Shown here: positions 60,943 through 64,000 of the stretch, in pieces | Layout: every line of letters starts with the position of its first letter | How positions within the stretch are numbered: the first letter of the stretch is position 1 | Assembly: GCF_046119375.1 (NCBI RefSeq) | Contig: NW_027362762.1 | Location: forward strand, 262,942,001-263,006,000 | Direction: 5' to 3' | From: Phyllobates terribilis | Lineage: Eukaryota | DNA: 64,000 nucleotides | The notes under the pieces: model-generated | Told to the model about the DNA's origin: nothing | The model's database searches: none | Seen by the model: only the letters and a program-made list of their open reading frames with translations | Position numbers and translations under genes: made by a program

Positions 60943-63185
60943 GTACCCCCCCCTTTAGGCCCCCCCTTTTTTAGGCCAGACAGAAATTTAGCTAGGATGA
61001 GAGGGGCATGGATGTTCTCCCGGGGCTCCCACGTTCTCTCCTCAGGACCAAACCCCCTCCAATCTACCAGAAAAAAGGTCTTTCCTCTTACCCTTTTGCT
61101 GGCAAGAATGTTCTCTACCTCAAACTTGTCCTCAGCAGAAACCAGAGCAGGAGGCGTACCTGTAGACTTAGAAAAAGAGTTAAGTACCACAGGTTTGAGG
61201 AGAGATACATGGAAGGAGTTAGGGATCCGTAAGTTGGCCGGGAGTTTCAATTTATAGGTTACCGGGTTGATCTGACCGATGACCACCAGTGGGCCGATGA
61301 ACCGAGACCCTAACTTATAGGAAGGGATCTTGAGTCGGACATATTTGGACGAGAGCCAGACTTTATCCCCAGGACGGAATTGAGGAGGGTCCATCGCTAA
61401 ATGCTGCCAGGGGGCAGCAGGTACTGGCAGAGGAAGAAGGCGGCCGGCCGACAGGTGTCTCGGAACTTTGTTGCGGGCGCAGGACACACAGGCAGAAACA
61501 AAGTCCATAACATCCTTGTGCAGGTTAGGCCACCAGTAGTGTCGGGTAATAAGCTGGAGGGTCTTTTTCCGACCGGCGTGGTCAGCTAGTTTAGACGAAT
61601 GACCCCAGTGTAGGATTCTCTCCCGATCAGGTACCGATACGAACGTCTTACCAGGAGGGAGACAATTTAGACTCACGGGAGCCACCTGCATTACTCTGGC
61701 GGGATCGATGGGGCAGTCACATGGTCTATGAGGTGGTGATGTCTCTGCCTCCTCCTTAACAAAGACATCAGCACTAGACCAATAAGGAATCGGAAGTCCA
61801 GGTAGATTAGCTGGGATAGGAGAGGGACGGACGGAATGGACGGGAACCAGGCAGGTTTTATGACAGGCCTGTCCCCAGTGAAGGACTTCTCCGGTTTGCC
61901 AGTCAAGCACGGGTGCATGTCTCTGGAGCCAAGGCAGACCTAGCAAGAGGGCGTGAGGGAGACCAGGCAGAACGTGAAAGGAGATACTCTCTGAATGCAG
62001 CATTCCCACCTGCAGAGTAATGGATTCGGTGATGAATTGGATGGGGCGAGGTAAGAGGCCCCCATCCACGGCAACAACAGACAAGGGTACAGCCAGAGGT
62101 TTGGTGGGGATGCGGAATTTCTCCACCAGGGACTGTGAAATAAGATTTCCGGCTGCTCCAGAGTCAAGTTGGGCTAGTTCGGAATAACGATTCTCCCCGC
62201 AGATGATTGAGACTGACAACAGCAGGGATGGAGAGGATTTATTTTTGTCTAGATCGACCCCTCTGAGTGAACCTAGATACAGGCGTTCTCCCGACCTCTC
62301 CGGGCAGGCACGGATCAGATGCTCCTTACTGCCACAGTAGAAGCAGCTCCCCTCGGCACGGCGGAAATCCTGACGGGATTTGACCATCTTGGTCTGGTCG
62401 ACCTGCATAGGCTCAGGAGAGTGTACCTGTGGAGAAACGGAAGGAATGACGGGTTCCTGGAAAGTAGGAGCTAGACGTGGAATCCTTCTCTCACGGGTGA
62501 CCTCTTTGGCACGCTCCTGGAACCGTAGGTCAATCCGGGTGGCAAGGGTTATTAGATCATCGAGAGTGGTAGGAATGTCCCGACCAGCAAGTTCATCTTT
62601 AATACGGCCGGACAGACCCTCCCAGAAGACGGATACCAGGGCTTCGTTATCCCAGGCCAGCTCCGAGGCAAGGGTACGGAACCGTATGGCATATTGGCCC
62701 ACGGTGAGGCTTCCCTGACGGAGGCGAAGCAGAGAAGATGCGGATGAGGTCCTCCGTCCGGGTTCGTCGAAGGCTTTCCGGAAAGCCATGAGAAAGGCAG
62801 GCAAGTCGGACACCAGGGGATCTCCTCTCTCCCATAGAGGATTTAGCCAGGCCAGGGCCTCCCCGGTGAGATGGGACATGATAAAGGCAATTTTGGCTCG
62901 GTCGGAGTTAAACTGGTGGGATAATAGTTCAAAATGCAGGGTGCACTGATTTATGAAGCCCCGAGCCAGGACGGAGTCGCCTCCGAAGCGAGGAGGTGCA
63001 GAGAGCCGGGGTCCGGAAAAGGATACCATGGTACTGGCGGAGGTTGTTGGTGGATCAGACAGAGTGTTCAGGCGAGTATTAACATTCCGCAGGTGACCCA
63101 GGATGGTCTCCTGTTGGGACCTCTGACGGGACAGTTCAAGACAGAGGTCCGAGAGCGAGGGAGCTTGGGTGCCACCGGGTTCCAT
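60702..63185 (-). CDS. Gag-protease-IN zinc finger-GPY/F-chromodomain fusion, 827 aa (RT, RNase H and IN core deleted)
   Basis: Gag (DRAKIAFIMSHLTGEALAW), CCHC CFYCGSKEHLIRAC, PR LDSGAAGNLI, RT start PPHRPCDCPID, IN HHCC (HSSKLADH..CVSC), PWQHLAMD joined to PPQFRPGDKVW, and the chromodomain FEVENIL..LVDWRGFGPEERTWEP. Reads through the PPT into the 3' LTR. Confidence 0.92.
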   Translation of the reverse strand: MEPGGTQAPSLSDLCLELSRQRSQQETILGHLRNVNTRLNTLSDPPTTSASTMVSFSGPRLSAPPRFGGDSVLARGFINQCTLHFELLSHQFNSDRAKIAFIMSHLTGEALAWLNPLWERGDPLVSDLPAFLMAFRKAFDEPGRRTSSASSLLRLRQGSLTVGQYAIRFRTLASELAWDNEALVSVFWEGLSGRIKDELAGRDIPTTLDDLITLATRIDLRFQERAKEVTRERRIPRLAPTFQEPVIPSVSPQVHSPEPMQVDQTKMVKSRQDFRRAEGSCFYCGSKEHLIRACPERSGERLYLGSLRGVDLDKNKSSPSLLLSVSIICGENRYSELAQLDSGAAGNLISQSLVEKFRIPTKPLAVPLSVVAVDGGLLPRPIQFITESITLQVGMLHSESISFHVLPGLPHALLLGLPWLQRHAPVLDWQTGEVLHWGQACHKTCLVPVHSVRPSPIPANLPGLPIPYWSSADVFVKEEAETSPPHRPCDCPIDPARVMQVAPVSLNCLPPGKTFVSVPDRERILHWGHSSKLADHAGRKKTLQLITRHYWWPNLHKDVMDFVSACVSCARNKVPRHLSAGRLLPLPVPAAPWQHLAMDPPQFRPGDKVWLSSKYVRLKIPSYKLGSRFIGPLVVIGQINPVTYKLKLPANLRIPNSFHVSLLKPVVLNSFSKSTGTPPALVSAEDKFEVENILASKRVRGKTFFLVDWRGFGPEERTWEPRENIHAPLILAKFLSGLKKGGPKGGGTVALASLPSARQGRCSPHRSAPCPASSPRSAVSARSCPASSPRSAVSARSVPASSSCSALGARSFPAPVLRARARVLPSS

Positions 63186-63186
63186 G

Positions 63187-63196
63187 GCCCGAGCAA
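63187..63196 (-). promoter_or_regulatory. Putative self-priming primer-binding site of element C
   Basis: Minus-strand TTGCTCGGGC lies 2 nt after the 5' LTR and is complementary to GCCCGAGCAA, which starts at 60614 in the 3' LTR copy, 30 nt after the TATA start (60644). Confidence 0.75.
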
Positions 63197-63198
63197 AC

Positions 63199-64000
63199 TG
63201 TAACGGGTCCGGGAGGCGGAACCTCTGAGCTACTATACAAGGGGGCGGCCCTTGTAAGGGAGCGGGTGGCAGTCTCTGGATGAATGGACAGGGAGATACG
63301 GCAAGTGATCAGGGCAGTCTCTGGGTGAACGGACAGGGAGATACGGCAAGTGATCAGGGCAGTCTCTGGGTAAGGGGTAGGTACGACCTGTGATGGCAGA
63401 GCCTCCGGGTAGGCTAGCAGGCAGATGGTAGATGGGTGCTCCCAGGTGAGCAAGCGAGAGTCTCTGGAATAGCAGGTGGTCACGGCACGTGACGGCGGGG
63501 CCTCCGGGCTGGCAGGCAGGCAGGTAACGGAGAAGCGCTCCCAGGTGAGCGGGCAAGAGTCTCTGGAATAGCTGGTGGTCACCGCACGTGACAACGGGAC
63601 CTCCGGGCTGGCAAGCAGGCAGGTAACGGAGATGCGCTCCCAGGTGAGCGGGCAAGAGTCTCTGAGATAGCTGGTGGTCACAGCACGTGACAACGGAGCC
63701 TCCGGGCTGGCAAGCAGGCAGGTAACGGAGAAGCGCTCCCAGGTGAGCGGGCAAGCTGGTCCATAGACAGACTGACCGGAGTAGTAAAGCAGACCGTCGG
63801 ACCTCAGGCAAGCAGGCAGGTAGCTGATATGCGCTCCCAGGTGAGCGGGCAGGCTGGTCCTTAGACAGACTGACAGGAGTAGTAAGGCAGACCGTCGGAC
63901 CTCAGACTGGCAGACAGGTAACAAGTATTCAGGCAGGAATCAGGCAGGTAACTGGCAGGTAACTGGCAACGGGACCTGAGGGCTGAAGCACAGGTGAGAC
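63199..64000 (-). repeat. 5' LTR of element C (partial)
   Basis: Direct repeat of 59776-60577. Confidence 0.95.

Larger units (their letters stand above)
59776..64000 (-). mobile_element. Chromoviral Gypsy element C, non-autonomous; 5' LTR runs off the window
   Basis: 3' LTR 59776-60942 and 5' LTR from 63199, identical by eye over the ~800 bp visible. Polypurine tract 60943-60970. Left flank CCCAT; the second TSD lies outside the window. Confidence 0.95.

Overview
Eukaryotic, almost entirely transposon-derived DNA. The repertoire suggests an anuran amphibian (inference): TAG(T/A)GATGAGCG-ended hAT elements, TTAA-flanked T2/Kolobok-type MITEs, L2 and L1 LINEs, Tc1 elements and Tf1/sushi-type chromoviral Gypsy elements. 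There is no complete host gene; two minus-strand exon candidates join in frame but are unproven. Three nests were resolved by target-site duplications (TSDs). (1) A 20.2-kb hAT (2035-22284, TSD ATCATGAT) contains a second hAT, three LTR elements, an L2 and solo LTRs. (2) A Tc1 (23131-26377) carries a 1.26-kb near-perfect foldback Tc1 derivative and a solo LTR. (3) A ~340-bp TTAA MITE is split by a 10.4-kb hAT carrying a 110-bp array, a Tc1, an L1 RT fragment, a solo LTR and a degenerate 18S rRNA fragment. The most notable signal is three different Gypsy families, each with a covarying self-priming primer site (transcript 5' end 30 nt after the TATA box, complementary to a site 2 nt after the 5' LTR). 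Each keeps one long ORF and lacks the integrase catalytic core. A encodes a capsid N-domain plus a 57-aa repeat tail. B encodes Gag-PR-RT-RNaseH-chromodomain and has identical LTRs. C encodes Gag-PR-IN zinc finger-chromodomain, with two in-frame deletions and an apparently hard-wired G-GGA-AAC frameshift site. All comparisons were made by eye; no database searches were run.
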